64,000 nt of DNA, taken from an uncultured Verrucomicrobiae bacterium. GTDB lineage: Bacteria > Verrucomicrobiota > Verrucomicrobiia > Opitutales > JABDGR01. The notes beneath the pieces were generated by a model. The model saw nothing but the letters and a program-made list of their open reading frames with translations, had not been told where the DNA came from and ran no database searches. A program made the position numbers and the translations under genes. Below are positions 41,552 through 51,309 of this stretch, one piece after another. The stretch covers positions 160,001 to 224,000 of the forward strand of contig CAVXVB010000005.1 of the NCBI GenBank assembly GCA_963765205.1, in the 5' to 3' direction. Each line of letters opens with the position of its first letter. Position 1 is the stretch's first letter.

Positions 41552-43477
41552 CTAATTTGACGACGATACCGTCTGGATCGTCTTGAGCAAGTCCGTGCGC
41601 TGCTGGTTGGTCAGCGGGGCGGATTGCACGGCGCTGGCGGCGGCGGCGGGATCCTTCTTGGCCCATTGGTTCACGACGTTGTTCAACTGGTTCTGCTGCG
41701 TCGTCACGTCGTTGATCGAGGCCGCCCACGCGAACGAGGTTGCGAGGTTGTTTTGCCCTTCCGCAGAAATGATCGAGACCACCGCGCCATCCCGTGCCGA
41801 CCCCAGTGGCAGGGTGTTCACCCATTGCGAAGCGGCGGCGGGATTTTGTTGCACCCAGTTGGCCGCGACCTCCGCGGTGGCATCGTCCAGCGCCAGGCCG
41901 GCGGGCAGCGTGCCCAGCAGCGTCGCGGCCTGGGCGGGGTCCTGCGCGCTCCAAGTCGCCACCACGGTGCCCATCGCCTTGTCCCGGCTGCTGCCGTCGG
42001 GCAATTGCTGGGCCGAAGCCCACGCGGCTTGCGGATCCGTCACAGAGATGTTGCTAAAAACCGTCGCCAGCGAATCGGCCTGCGCCTGGCCAGGGGGCAG
42101 CGCCTCGGCCCACGTCAGCGCCGCCTGCGGATCGGGGCCGACCCAGTGGCCCACCATTTGTTCCGCCACGTAGTTGAAGTCGGGATCGCTTTGAAAATTT
42201 TGCATGATATAGACTGAAGCCGCCTGCGGGTCGGTATTGTCCCAGGTCCGCATCACATTCCGCAACGCATCAATGCGCGTCTGCCCTTCGGAAGTGGGCA
42301 GCGCCTGCACCCACGCCAGCGCGCCGGGGAGGTCGGTCTGCGCCCACGCCGAAGCCAGTTGGGTGATCGCGCCGTCGCGCGTCGAGGCATTGGGCATTTG
42401 CGCGATAAAGGTGGCCGCATCCGTGGGATCCGTGGTGTCCATTTGCGCGAGGACGCCCTGCACCGCTTGGTCGTATGTTGTCCCGGTGGCGATATTGCCC
42501 ACCCACGCCAGCGCGGCCGCCGGGTCTTGCTGCGACCAATTCGCGGCGATTTGCGTGATGCTGCTGTTGCGGTCCGCGCCCAAGGGCATCGCGGCGGCCA
42601 AATTGGCGGCGCTCGCCGGGTCGGATTGGGACAAAATATTCAAAACCGGCCCCAAGGCGCTGTCGCGCGTGGCGCCCGCCGGCAAACTGTTCACGAACGC
42701 AAGCGCGGCCTGCGGGTCTTGTTGTGCCCACATCGCCGACAGGCTGCCCAGCGCCGTCAGGCGCGCCGCGCTCGCGGGCAAATTCAACGCCGCCGCCGAC
42801 GCCCCCGCCGGGTCCTCCGCCGCCCAGTAACGGAAGATCGAAGAGAGACCGTTGACCGATTGCTCGCCGGCCGGCTTCTGATTGAACAAGTCTAGCGCCC
42901 CCTGGGGGTTGGTCAGGCTGATCAATCCGAGCAGATTATTTTCAATGTCCGCCTGTAGGCTGGAATTGCCGATTTGCGCAAGTCCGGCGATGGCCGCCCC
43001 CGGATCATTGGCCGACCACGCCTGAAACAACGTGCCAAAATCATTTCGGCGGTCGTCCGGGTTGTCGTTGGATTTGACCCAGGCGGATGCGTCCGCCGGA
43101 TTCTCGTCGGCCCAGCGCGCCAGGAGCAAGGCCCGCACCGTGTTGGTCGCGGTGGTGTGAAGCATTTTCTTCACCGCGTCCAGCGCGCCGGCCATTTCAC
43201 CGGGCTTGAGGCTGTCCACGTAGCGTAGCGCGTCGCGCGCAATGTCCAGCGGGCTGCGGGCGCCGGCCTTGAACATTTCCGCCAGCGTGCCGACCGGGCC
43301 GGGCGCGTCGGCGCGATCGACCACCACCATCCGCGCCTCCAACCTGGCATTGGATTGGTGGATCGCCGCCGCCTGTTCCTGTAACCGCGCGAGTTCCCGC
43401 TGCTGGGAAATCATCGCCAGCATCCCCGCCAGAAAAAATACCACGGCGGCCAGGAAAATTTTGATTTTTCCGGTCAT
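41552..43477 (-). CDS. Membrane-anchored helical-repeat protein, paralog B
   Basis: Colinear with paralog A throughout (FFLAGMLAMI...VTTQQNQLNNVVNQWAKKD). Confidence 0.85.
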   Translation of the reverse strand: MTGKIKIFLAAVVFFLAGMLAMISQQRELARLQEQAAAIHQSNARLEARMVVVDRADAPGPVGTLAEMFKAGARSPLDIARDALRYVDSLKPGEMAGALDAVKKMLHTTATNTVRALLLARWADENPADASAWVKSNDNPDDRRNDFGTLFQAWSANDPGAAIAGLAQIGNSSLQADIENNLLGLISLTNPQGALDLFNQKPAGEQSVNGLSSIFRYWAAEDPAGASAAALNLPASAARLTALGSLSAMWAQQDPQAALAFVNSLPAGATRDSALGPVLNILSQSDPASAANLAAAMPLGADRNSSITQIAANWSQQDPAAALAWVGNIATGTTYDQAVQGVLAQMDTTDPTDAATFIAQMPNASTRDGAITQLASAWAQTDLPGALAWVQALPTSEGQTRIDALRNVMRTWDNTDPQAASVYIMQNFQSDPDFNYVAEQMVGHWVGPDPQAALTWAEALPPGQAQADSLATVFSNISVTDPQAAWASAQQLPDGSSRDKAMGTVVATWSAQDPAQAATLLGTLPAGLALDDATAEVAANWVQQNPAAASQWVNTLPLGSARDGAVVSIISAEGQNNLATSFAWAASINDVTTQQNQLNNVVNQWAKKDPAAAASAVQSAPLTNQQRTDLLKTIQTVSSSN

Positions 43478-43677
43478 GCAAGAATGACCGTATAATAGAT
43501 AATACGGCAATTCGCCTGCAAGGTTACAATTGCGAACGGAAAAGGTGACGGATTGGCCCGTCGCCGCCCGCAGCGCGGGCTTTTAATTGGACCGCGGATT
43601 ATTCCGTAAAAATTTCCTTTGCACCGCGCGCGTTCCTCGGTTAACGCATCAGGTGCTCGCAAAAAGCAGCAGCAGCA

Positions 43678-45642
43678 GTGGCACTCAAAATTCACACATC
43701 GGCTCCGTGGACCTTGCGCGACGCGGAGGATTACTACGGCATCAAACGCTGGGGCGGCAACCATTTCTCGATTGACGAGAAGGGCGGCCTCTGCGTTCAC
43801 CCCGCCGCCGACCACCGCAAAATCCGCCTGCTCGACATCGTCAACGAGGCCGCCTCGATGGGCCTCCAGCCGCCGCTCACCATCCGCGTGCAGGACTTGC
43901 TGCGCTTCCGCGTCGTGCAATTGAACGAGGCGTTCCGCGCCGCCATCCAGCAGGAGGAATACAGCGGCGCCTACCGCGGCGTGTTCCCGATCAAGGTCAA
44001 CCAACTGCGCGAAGTGGTCGAGGAAATCCTCGACGCCGGCGAGGAATACGGCTTCGGCCTCGAGGCCGGCAGCAAGCCGGAACTGCTCATCGCGCTCGCC
44101 GCGCTCGACCGCAAGCAGGCGCTCCTGATCTGCAACGGCTACAAGGACGCCGAATACATCCGCCTCGCGCTGCTCGGGCGCAAGCTGGGCAAGAACATCA
44201 TCATCGTGGTCGAGCAGCTTTCGGAAATTGACGACATCCTCATGCTCGCCAAGGAAACCGGCGTCGAGCCGCGCCTCGGCCTGCGCATCAAGTTGCGCAC
44301 CACCGGTGAGGGCAAATGGGCCACCTCCTCCGGCGAGGACGCCAAATTCGGCCTCACCACCAGCGAGGTCATGCTCGCCGTGCGCAAGCTCAAGAAGGCC
44401 GGCTTGGAAAACATCCTCCAGCTCGTCCACTTCCATATCGGCTCGCAGGTGCCGAACATCCTCACTATCAAAAAGGCCGTCATCGAGGCCACGCGCTTCT
44501 ACGTCGAGCTGTGCAAGCTCGGCTTCAACATGCGCTTTCTCGATGTCGGCGGCGGCCTTGGCGTGGACTACGACGGCAGCCGCGCCAACTACGAGTCCTC
44601 GATGAATTATTCCCTCGAGGAATACGCGCGCGACGTGGTCTCCAACATCAAGAGCGTGTGCGACAGCGCCGGCGTGCCCGTGCCCGACATCGTCAGCGAA
44701 AGCGGCCGCGCCCTCGTCGCCCCGCACTCGATTTTGATCCTCGACGTGTTCGACCGCATTTCGAAAAACGTGCCCTTCACCCCGCTCAGCGGCAAAAAGG
44801 GCAAACGCCAAAAGCACGAGGTCATCACCGCGCTCGAGCATATCCTCGACGACAGCGACCAGCACGGCAAACTCGAGCGCTTCCACGACGCCCAGCAGAA
44901 AAAAGAGGAGGCGCAAACGTTGTTTACCCTCGGCTTCCTCGACTTGGAAACCCGCGCCGAAGCCGAAAACCTCTTTTGGCGAATTTGCGCCGACATCCGC
45001 GAGAAAAGCGCCGCCGCCCGCGGCTACGTCCCCGACGAGCTGGCCCAGCTCAACACCATGCTCGCCGAGCAATACGTCTGCAATTTCTCCGTTTTTCAAT
45101 CGCTCGTGGACCATTGGGCGCTCGACCAGTTGTTCCCCATCATGCCCATCCACCGCCTCGACGAAAAGCCCACCGTCGAAGCCGTCCTCGCCGACATCAC
45201 CTGCGACTCCGACGGCAAAGTCTCGCGCTTCATTGATTTGGAGGACGTGCGCGGCACCCTCGCGCTGCACCCCTTGCAGCCCAACAAGCCCTACTACCTC
45301 GGCGTCTTCCTCGTCGGCGCCTACCAGGACATCATGGGCGACCTGCACAACCTCTTCGGCCGCGTCAACGAAGTCCACGTCTTCCTCGAAGAAGACGAGG
45401 ACGATGGCTTCTACATCGAGGAATCCATCAACGGCGCGCGCGTGGACAAGATTCTGGAAATGATCCAGTGGGACGGCGAGGAACTCGCGCGCCTGATGAA
45501 AAAGCAAATTGACCGCGCGACCAAGGCCGACGAAGTCCGCCCCCGCGAAGGCGTCCGCATGTTGGAAATGTATGAGGAGTTCCTCCGCGGCAAAACCTAC
45601 CTCAAGCCCCGCGAAAAGGCCAAGCCGCGGAAAAGAAAATAA
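43678..45642 (+). CDS. speA: Biosynthetic arginine decarboxylase
   Basis: FPIKVNQ, LEAGSKPEL, HFHIGSQ, DVGGGLGVDYDG, ESGRA, DITCDSDG, GAYQDIMGDLHNLFG. Confidence 0.97.
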   Translation: MALKIHTSAPWTLRDAEDYYGIKRWGGNHFSIDEKGGLCVHPAADHRKIRLLDIVNEAASMGLQPPLTIRVQDLLRFRVVQLNEAFRAAIQQEEYSGAYRGVFPIKVNQLREVVEEILDAGEEYGFGLEAGSKPELLIALAALDRKQALLICNGYKDAEYIRLALLGRKLGKNIIIVVEQLSEIDDILMLAKETGVEPRLGLRIKLRTTGEGKWATSSGEDAKFGLTTSEVMLAVRKLKKAGLENILQLVHFHIGSQVPNILTIKKAVIEATRFYVELCKLGFNMRFLDVGGGLGVDYDGSRANYESSMNYSLEEYARDVVSNIKSVCDSAGVPVPDIVSESGRALVAPHSILILDVFDRISKNVPFTPLSGKKGKRQKHEVITALEHILDDSDQHGKLERFHDAQQKKEEAQTLFTLGFLDLETRAEAENLFWRICADIREKSAAARGYVPDELAQLNTMLAEQYVCNFSVFQSLVDHWALDQLFPIMPIHRLDEKPTVEAVLADITCDSDGKVSRFIDLEDVRGTLALHPLQPNKPYYLGVFLVGAYQDIMGDLHNLFGRVNEVHVFLEEDEDDGFYIEESINGARVDKILEMIQWDGEELARLMKKQIDRATKADEVRPREGVRMLEMYEEFLRGKTYLKPREKAKPRKRK

Positions 45643-45653
45643 GATCGAAACCG

Positions 45654-45692
45654 TCTCCGTGTTCTCCGTGTCCTCCGTGTCCTCCGTGGTTC
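45654..45692. repeat. 9-mer tandem array (CTCCGTGTC)n, single arm
   Basis: ctccgtgtt-ctccgtgtc-ctccgtgtc-ctccgtggtt between convergent speA and pduO. Confidence 0.85.
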
Positions 45693-46215
45693 AATCCCCA
45701 TCCGTATTCGCCAGCAGCCACAGCGCATCCGACAAACGATTAAGATACTGCAAAACCAAATCCGGCAAGAGCGCGCCGGTCGCGCGCAGGGCCACGGCCT
45801 CGCGCTCCGCCCGGCGGCACACGGCGCGCGCGAGGTGTAGATGCGCGTGGTGTGCGCTCTCGCCCGGCGTGTCCCAGCCGCGCGCCGGGGTCTTGCGCGC
45901 TTCCAATGTGGCGACCAACTCATCGAGCCGCGCTAAGTCCTCCGCCTGCAAGCGTTGTAATTTTGAGGCTAGCAAACGTGGCCGATCCTCATCAACTGTG
46001 GCCAACTCCGCCATCAGGCCGACCAGGCATTTTTGCTCGGCGAACAAAATCGCGGCGACGCCCACGTCGCCCGCCGAGGCGCGCGCCAGGCCCAGCGCGG
46101 CGCTCAATTCGTCCACCGCGCCGCCCGCCGCGACGCGCGGGTGGTTCTTCGGCACGCGCCGGTTGAACATCAGCGCGGTCGTGCCATCGTCGCCGGTGCG
46201 GGTTGCAATCGTCAT
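45691..46215 (-). CDS. pduO: PduO-type ATP:cob(I)alamin adenosyltransferase
   Basis: TRTGDDGTT, GAVDEL, ARAVCRRAER, YLNRLSD. Confidence 0.93.
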   Translation of the reverse strand: MTIATRTGDDGTTALMFNRRVPKNHPRVAAGGAVDELSAALGLARASAGDVGVAAILFAEQKCLVGLMAELATVDEDRPRLLASKLQRLQAEDLARLDELVATLEARKTPARGWDTPGESAHHAHLHLARAVCRRAEREAVALRATGALLPDLVLQYLNRLSDALWLLANTDGD

Positions 46216-46381
46216 GGAGGCAAGGATAGGACTCTCCCCGCCCGACACGAGAATAATGCTCCAGGCCACCGGCCCAACCGTGCCGGAGAGGGAACCCCCA
46301 AGCCCCAAAATCCGATCCCGCCGACCCCGATCAAGGCGGAGCCATACCGGGGGCGCATCTCAATTTTTGGACAGTGACTTT

Positions 46382-46589
46382 GCCTCGCGGAGCGAGGCTT
46401 CGAGCATAGCCGTGGACTTTAGTCCACGGAAACTGGTGGGCTGCTCTCGGCGTCGCGTCGCGACGCTTGAAGGAGGCGCGTCAGCGCAGGGGAGCCACCT
46501 CAAGCGTCGCTACGCGACGCACTGCGGATGACATTCCGCTTCCGTGGACTGAAGTCCACGGCTAAGTTCGAGTCATCACTCCGTGACTG
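46382..46589. repeat. REP-doublet (REPIN-like) nested palindrome
   Basis: agccgtggactttagtccacggaa / ttccgtggactgaagtccacggct and cgtcgcgtcgcgacgcttga / tcaagcgtcgctacgcgacg in inverted arrangement. Confidence 0.85.
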
Positions 46590-46780
46590 CACAAAAACTG
46601 AGATGCGCTCCAGTGCCGACGCCCCCAATAAATCCCGTTGCCCAGCACGCCCTACCGGCCCATTTTTTCTCACAAGATGCATGCAATGCTGCCCATGACT
46701 GGAAGTTGCCTGAATCTCCTGCTACTGCTCCGATGCATCCTTTTACTGCCTCCGGTTCGAAGTCTAAACGCTGGCAAAGG

Positions 46781-47440
46781 CTAAGAAAATCTTCCCTTTA
46801 GAATCGAATTAACGGCGTTGCATATCTGTGGAACAAAAATTCCGTTTTCATCTTTCGAGCTGGTTTCGCCGATCACAACCATTTTTCCTGTTGGTGGATA
46901 AGGGTACGATATCGTAAAAACGCCCGTCGTCATGGAAGTATCAAGTAATAACGTTTTCCATAACGGCGATGGCTTCACGCCTCTATAAAACCCAGGATGA
47001 TAATGCCATTCGGCACGCTTTACTGAACCAAACGCGCCAGCATAGCTAATGCCCTCTGAGTCGAGCGAAAACGAACCAATGCGGATTATGTTGCCCGGTG
47101 TGAGTATTTGCTTAACGAGACGTTCCAGTAATACAGGCCCGATGCGATTGAGGATTTGTTCGACAATTTGATTGTAGTTGAACTTAAAGGAATTGCCTAT
47201 TAAGAGCACGTTGAAGGCACGTATCACAATCACTATTTTCCTGCCGTCGTAGCCCCTAATCATAATCTTGCTCGTTTTCTTGTCAGCCATAATCGTCTGT
47301 GTGCCGTAAGTGTAGAAGCTCACCCCAGCAACATCGTTGTAAGGTATTCTTACCCCGTCGTACTCAATAGACGTGTTGTCAAAACATACGGCGTCTTTTG
47401 AGTTCGGCTTTAAGGGTATTTGTAAAGCAGTTTGAGACAT
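46781..47440 (-). CDS. AT-rich hypothetical protein
   Basis: About 219-aa ORF in an AT-rich island; start taken at MSQTALQ. Confidence 0.6.
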   Translation of the reverse strand: MSQTALQIPLKPNSKDAVCFDNTSIEYDGVRIPYNDVAGVSFYTYGTQTIMADKKTSKIMIRGYDGRKIVIVIRAFNVLLIGNSFKFNYNQIVEQILNRIGPVLLERLVKQILTPGNIIRIGSFSLDSEGISYAGAFGSVKRAEWHYHPGFYRGVKPSPLWKTLLLDTSMTTGVFTISYPYPPTGKMVVIGETSSKDENGIFVPQICNAVNSILKGRFS

Positions 47441-47518
47441 ATTGAAATTCAAATGTAATGAATTCTGGGCATCAAAATAGTATTTGACGAAACATAAAAT
47501 ACAAGTGAAAAGGCCATT

Positions 47519-48271
47519 ATGAGTTACACAAAACAAGAGCTTTCATGCATTATTGATTATGCCAATCGCTCATTCCGTCAGATTGCTGACGGAGACTATA
47601 TTGCAGCCAGATTCTGTCATAGACTGGGATTAGAGCAGCAATTTCTTTGGTCGGCTTTGCAAGCCGTTGAGAAATACATCAAAGGTATCCTGCTGTTTAA
47701 TTTTCGATCTACAAAGAATTACGGACACGATGCTAAAAGGGCTTACGACGCTCTATTTCAAATACCAGACATAAATTTCAAACTTTCGAAGGAAATCGGG
47801 CAATTTGTTCAATATTTAACGAACCAGGGTGCCAACCGCTATTTTACTCATCCGTACCATACTCGAATAGATGATTTACTCATGCTCGACACAACCGTCT
47901 GGTGTCTTCGGCGTTATTGTCAGTTCATACGACATAAGCCAGTGATTATCAATGGCAAGAAAGAGGATATCTTTCAGTTCAATTTAGACATGATACATCA
48001 TTCAAAATACGTTCACCATCCCAACACATTTGTGATATTTGGCGGCTATCTGGAAAGAATAATTGAAAGACCCGATTCGCAATTACGAAAAGCGCTAACA
48101 TGGCGGAATTTATATTACGGGAGATACAGAAAGAAATCCTTGAAAAGATTTACACTCCGATCTTCATCTGGCACCCCAACGCACTTCCTACATCCAGACT
48201 GTTTTAGCGTCTTAGAAGAATTTGTGAAATTTGAGCCTAACGTGCAAGGTTGCTTTCAAAAGAAAAAGTAA
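47519..48271 (+). CDS. HEPN-domain-like protein
   Basis: ADGDYIAAR...QAVEKYIKGILL...GHD...NRY matches the HEPN helix pattern. Confidence 0.65.
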   Translation: MSYTKQELSCIIDYANRSFRQIADGDYIAARFCHRLGLEQQFLWSALQAVEKYIKGILLFNFRSTKNYGHDAKRAYDALFQIPDINFKLSKEIGQFVQYLTNQGANRYFTHPYHTRIDDLLMLDTTVWCLRRYCQFIRHKPVIINGKKEDIFQFNLDMIHHSKYVHHPNTFVIFGGYLERIIERPDSQLRKALTWRNLYYGRYRKKSLKRFTLRSSSGTPTHFLHPDCFSVLEEFVKFEPNVQGCFQKKK

Positions 48272-48390
48272 GCGGGACACGAGAATCTTATTTGCCCGTC
48301 ACCTCTTAAAACTGGATCATAAGTGGCTTCACCTCCCGCGTCCCGACCTCGGCACCCCAAGAAAGCGATTTCCGTTCAGTTCCGTTTCCC

Positions 48391-48918
48391 ATGAACAAAT
48401 TGCTCAAAGTTGTTTTAGTGATCACGGGCTATCTCGGAGCCTTCCTGGCCGCCGGAATCACATTTGCTTTTTGCCAAGCCCGGGCCTCGGACGACCCGGC
48501 CGTTTACAACTCCGGCATGGCCGCCGGCGGGGACGGCATCCTGGTGCTCGCGGTTTTTGGCGCCGTCGCCCTGCTCCCCACCGCCCTGGCCCTTTATTTC
48601 CTGCGCTCCCATGAGAAATTCTGGAACGTGTTCTCCATCCTGGCCCTGGCCTTGGCCGCCACCGGACCCTTCGCAGAAGTCCTGGGCGCCTTGATTGCAA
48701 AGTTTCAGCTTGATCAGCAACCCCTCTGGGCCTTGCTTGGTTTTGTCAGTTTGCTGCGAGCCGGCGCGGCAATTTTATTAATCGCCGCCTTCCTCCTCTG
48801 CGCCCTCCTGGCCCCGCAAAAACCGGCCCGCCGGCGTTTTTTAATGGCGGCCGGCATTGAAGCGGTGGTCATTTTATATGTGGCCGTTAATTTTATGATT
48901 TCGAACCATTTTGCCTGA
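48391..48918 (+). CDS. Multi-pass membrane hypothetical protein
   Basis: About 5 hydrophobic helices; SGMAAGGD loop. Confidence 0.75.
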   Translation: MNKLLKVVLVITGYLGAFLAAGITFAFCQARASDDPAVYNSGMAAGGDGILVLAVFGAVALLPTALALYFLRSHEKFWNVFSILALALAATGPFAEVLGALIAKFQLDQQPLWALLGFVSLLRAGAAILLIAAFLLCALLAPQKPARRRFLMAAGIEAVVILYVAVNFMISNHFA

Positions 48919-49037
48919 ATTGCCGGGTGAAGGTGCGGGATTCCCCCGCCTTCAAAAATGGTTTACCCTCCTCCTGGAAGCCCCGGCAACCCCCGGTAGT
49001 AGTATGGAGTATACTTTGGATTCAGGTATTCTGCTTT

Positions 49038-49256
49038 CGCCCTGAAGGGGCGAGGGAATTCAGCCCAGGGTTTCGCGCAGCGATACCCTGGGTATCAATA
49101 TAGCAAAACATTTTGCGCCCTGTATGGGCGCAAGAGCTGGAGCCCCATTCCTCCGCCCTTACAGGGCGGATATTTTTTCACCGGTCCGATACCCAGGGTT
49201 GCTCCGGCTGCTGCCGGAACTACCCTGGGCTTGGCTCCGGCGGCCTTTCAGGCCGC
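49038..49256. repeat. Second REP-doublet (REPIN-like) nested palindrome
   Basis: cgccctgaaggggcg, agcccagggt...accctgggt, cgccctgtatgggcg mirrored by cgcccttacagggcg, acccagggt...accctgggct, cggcctttcaggccg. Confidence 0.85.
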
Positions 49257-49309
49257 AGAGACATTTTCAAAATATCCCACCGCCCAACCACCCTAAAAGC
49301 AACTTCTTG

Positions 49310-49627
49310 TCAGTTAAACGACCGCCCGCAGCCGCAGGTGTTGGCGGCGCGCGGGTTGCGCACCTCGAAGCCCTTGCCGTGCAGGCCGTCGTCAAAATGC
49401 ACCGAGGAGCCGTCTATGCGCGCGAGGCTGGCCGGGTCCACCAGGAAGGTGATGCCCTGCGATTCCTGGCGCGTGTCGTCCGCCTTCGGCTCGTCAAACG
49501 ACATGCCGTATTCCTGGCCGGAGCAACCGCCGGTCGCGACGAACAGGCGCAGCAGCTTGCCGGGGGCGCCGCTTTCGCGCTGCAAATCCAGGATGCGCCG
49601 GGCCGCGCTTTCAGTGAGGGAGATCAT
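49310..49627 (-). CDS. A-type Fe-S cluster carrier (IscA/ErpA/HesB family)
   Basis: GGCSG, NPRAANTCGCGRSF. Confidence 0.95.
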   Translation of the reverse strand: MISLTESAARRILDLQRESGAPGKLLRLFVATGGCSGQEYGMSFDEPKADDTRQESQGITFLVDPASLARIDGSSVHFDDGLHGKGFEVRNPRAANTCGCGRSFN

Positions 49628-49687
49628 GCCGGACAATCTGCCAGCTTCCGGCAACTTTGTCAACCTGCAGTAGCTTGATCCAATCCA

Positions 49688-49777
49688 ACCACGGATGCCA
49701 CGGATAACACGGATTGAAGGATCGAAGCCCCACTTCTGTTAATGAAACGCATCCGTGCTATCCGTGGCATCCGTGGT
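49688..49777. repeat. Inverted 9-mer array, near-identical arms to 39504-39574
   Basis: accacggatgccacggataacacggat - 36 nt - atccgtgctatccgtggcatccgtggt. Confidence 0.88.
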
Positions 49778-49912
49778 GATTGTAGGCTTTCGCTGAAACC
49801 ATTATCCGGAAGGGTGGGTTTAACCACCGGTATCCCTCTCGGTTAACCTTGCCTTCCTGACGCCATCCCCTAATGCTGAGGCTTGGGTCGTTTGCGCAAC
49901 ACCCCACGCAAA

Positions 49913-51244
49913 ATGAAGAATTCATCCCTGCTTCGCGCTGTCCAGTTGGCTTTCTGCCTGGCCATCCTAATCTTGGTCGTCCTTCCTAATTCGTGGGCGG
50001 ATGCCCTGCCGGGTCCGGGCCCTCTTCCAGCACCCCTGCCTCCCCCCCCACCACCTCCTCAGCCCCCTCCCCAGACGCCGCTCAATGCGGGCATCCGGGG
50101 AACGGGAGTTGGCGTTGCTCCCAATGCAGGTGTCCTAGGCGCCCGCCAGGGGCGGGGCAGCTTTGCAGTGGAGGTTCCCGCAGGCTATCATGGCGACACG
50201 GCGCAAAGCCGGATCGTCGCCTTGCAATACGCCTTGAAGACAAGTTTGGACGCGCTGCATCAAGCCCCCGCCGACCCGCAGGGCGGATTTATCGAGTCGG
50301 CGATTGCCGCCCTTGACCAAGCGCAGGCGGAAACCAACCAGGCCCTAGATTGGCTCAAAGCCCATCCCGAGAGCGACCCGCTCCCGGCCATTCCCACCCG
50401 CGCCGGGATGCCAGTGTTGGGTATCGCGTCTGGCCTCGGAGTCCGCGGCCGCGGGAATGTGGGAACCGCCTACCCAACCGTGTCCACCGCCGCTCTCGCC
50501 TTGGGCACGGCCCTCGGCAATTTTATTGACGGCCCCTATCCGGGCACCAGCGCCGTCATCGGAGATTTGGGTGGCAGCCGCGACCAAATCATGAGAAGTA
50601 TCGGCCAAGCCGGCGCTAACCTCAATGCGGGCCTGAGTGCCCTGGCCCGCGCCATGAACCCCCCGGGTGTCCGTCGCGGCGCGCGTGGAGCCCCGGCGGC
50701 GGTAAATTCCGCGAACGGACAGACCAGTCTGCCTGCGCCACCTACAGCGGTGTCTGCGGTGCCGAATCCAGCCGTTGCTGGGGGGTCAGCGCTGGTACCG
50801 CCCGCACCGCCCCCGGTGCCTGCTCCGCCCGCCCCGTCGCCAGCGCCCACGGCGCCCGTTGTGACCATTCCCTTTCATTTTGTCGTCCCGGTGACTAGTG
50901 CTTCAGACGCCAAGCCCGGATCAATCTCCGGAACGGTGGCGGATACCGACGGTCTCGCCGCCAACGCGCTCATCACCCTCCAGCATTTGGATAATGCCCA
51001 GAGTTTGCCCCCGGGGGGGGGCCGTGGGCCGGCTGGGCTTGCTGGGAATGTTTCCCCGGCGCTCCCGGTCACCATCACCGACGAAACCGGAGCGTTCACC
51101 ATCAAAGACCTGCCCCCTGGATTCTACAGCATTTCCGCCACGCGCTCGTTCGGCGGCGGTTACGGCCAATCCAGTGCGAGAATGAACATCGAGGTGAAGG
51201 AAGGCGCGGATACCGCGCTGCCCGCGCCCATCCTGTTTAGATAG
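49913..51244 (+). CDS. Secreted protein: helical domain plus carboxypeptidase-regulatory-like beta domain
   Basis: Signal peptide; C-terminal GSISGTVAD...TDETGAFTIKDLPPGFYSISA. Confidence 0.8.
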   Translation: MKNSSLLRAVQLAFCLAILILVVLPNSWADALPGPGPLPAPLPPPPPPPQPPPQTPLNAGIRGTGVGVAPNAGVLGARQGRGSFAVEVPAGYHGDTAQSRIVALQYALKTSLDALHQAPADPQGGFIESAIAALDQAQAETNQALDWLKAHPESDPLPAIPTRAGMPVLGIASGLGVRGRGNVGTAYPTVSTAALALGTALGNFIDGPYPGTSAVIGDLGGSRDQIMRSIGQAGANLNAGLSALARAMNPPGVRRGARGAPAAVNSANGQTSLPAPPTAVSAVPNPAVAGGSALVPPAPPPVPAPPAPSPAPTAPVVTIPFHFVVPVTSASDAKPGSISGTVADTDGLAANALITLQHLDNAQSLPPGGGRGPAGLAGNVSPALPVTITDETGAFTIKDLPPGFYSISATRSFGGGYGQSSARMNIEVKEGADTALPAPILFR

Positions 51245-51309
51245 CGACCCATTTTTAACGCACTGCCAATCACAATTCAATTTCGTCCACGCTTGAACCC
51301 CACCCGCCT

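Noticed and set aside
41517..42023. N-terminal 169 aa of the 809-aa ORF
   Set aside because: Out-of-frame overlap with paralog B; the true start is MSEKIK at 41516 by homology with MTGKIK.
43474..45507. 677-aa antisense ORF (also 57650-59296 and 33684-35099)
   Set aside because: Shadow ORFs typical of high-GC3 genes (speA, ispG, rpoN).
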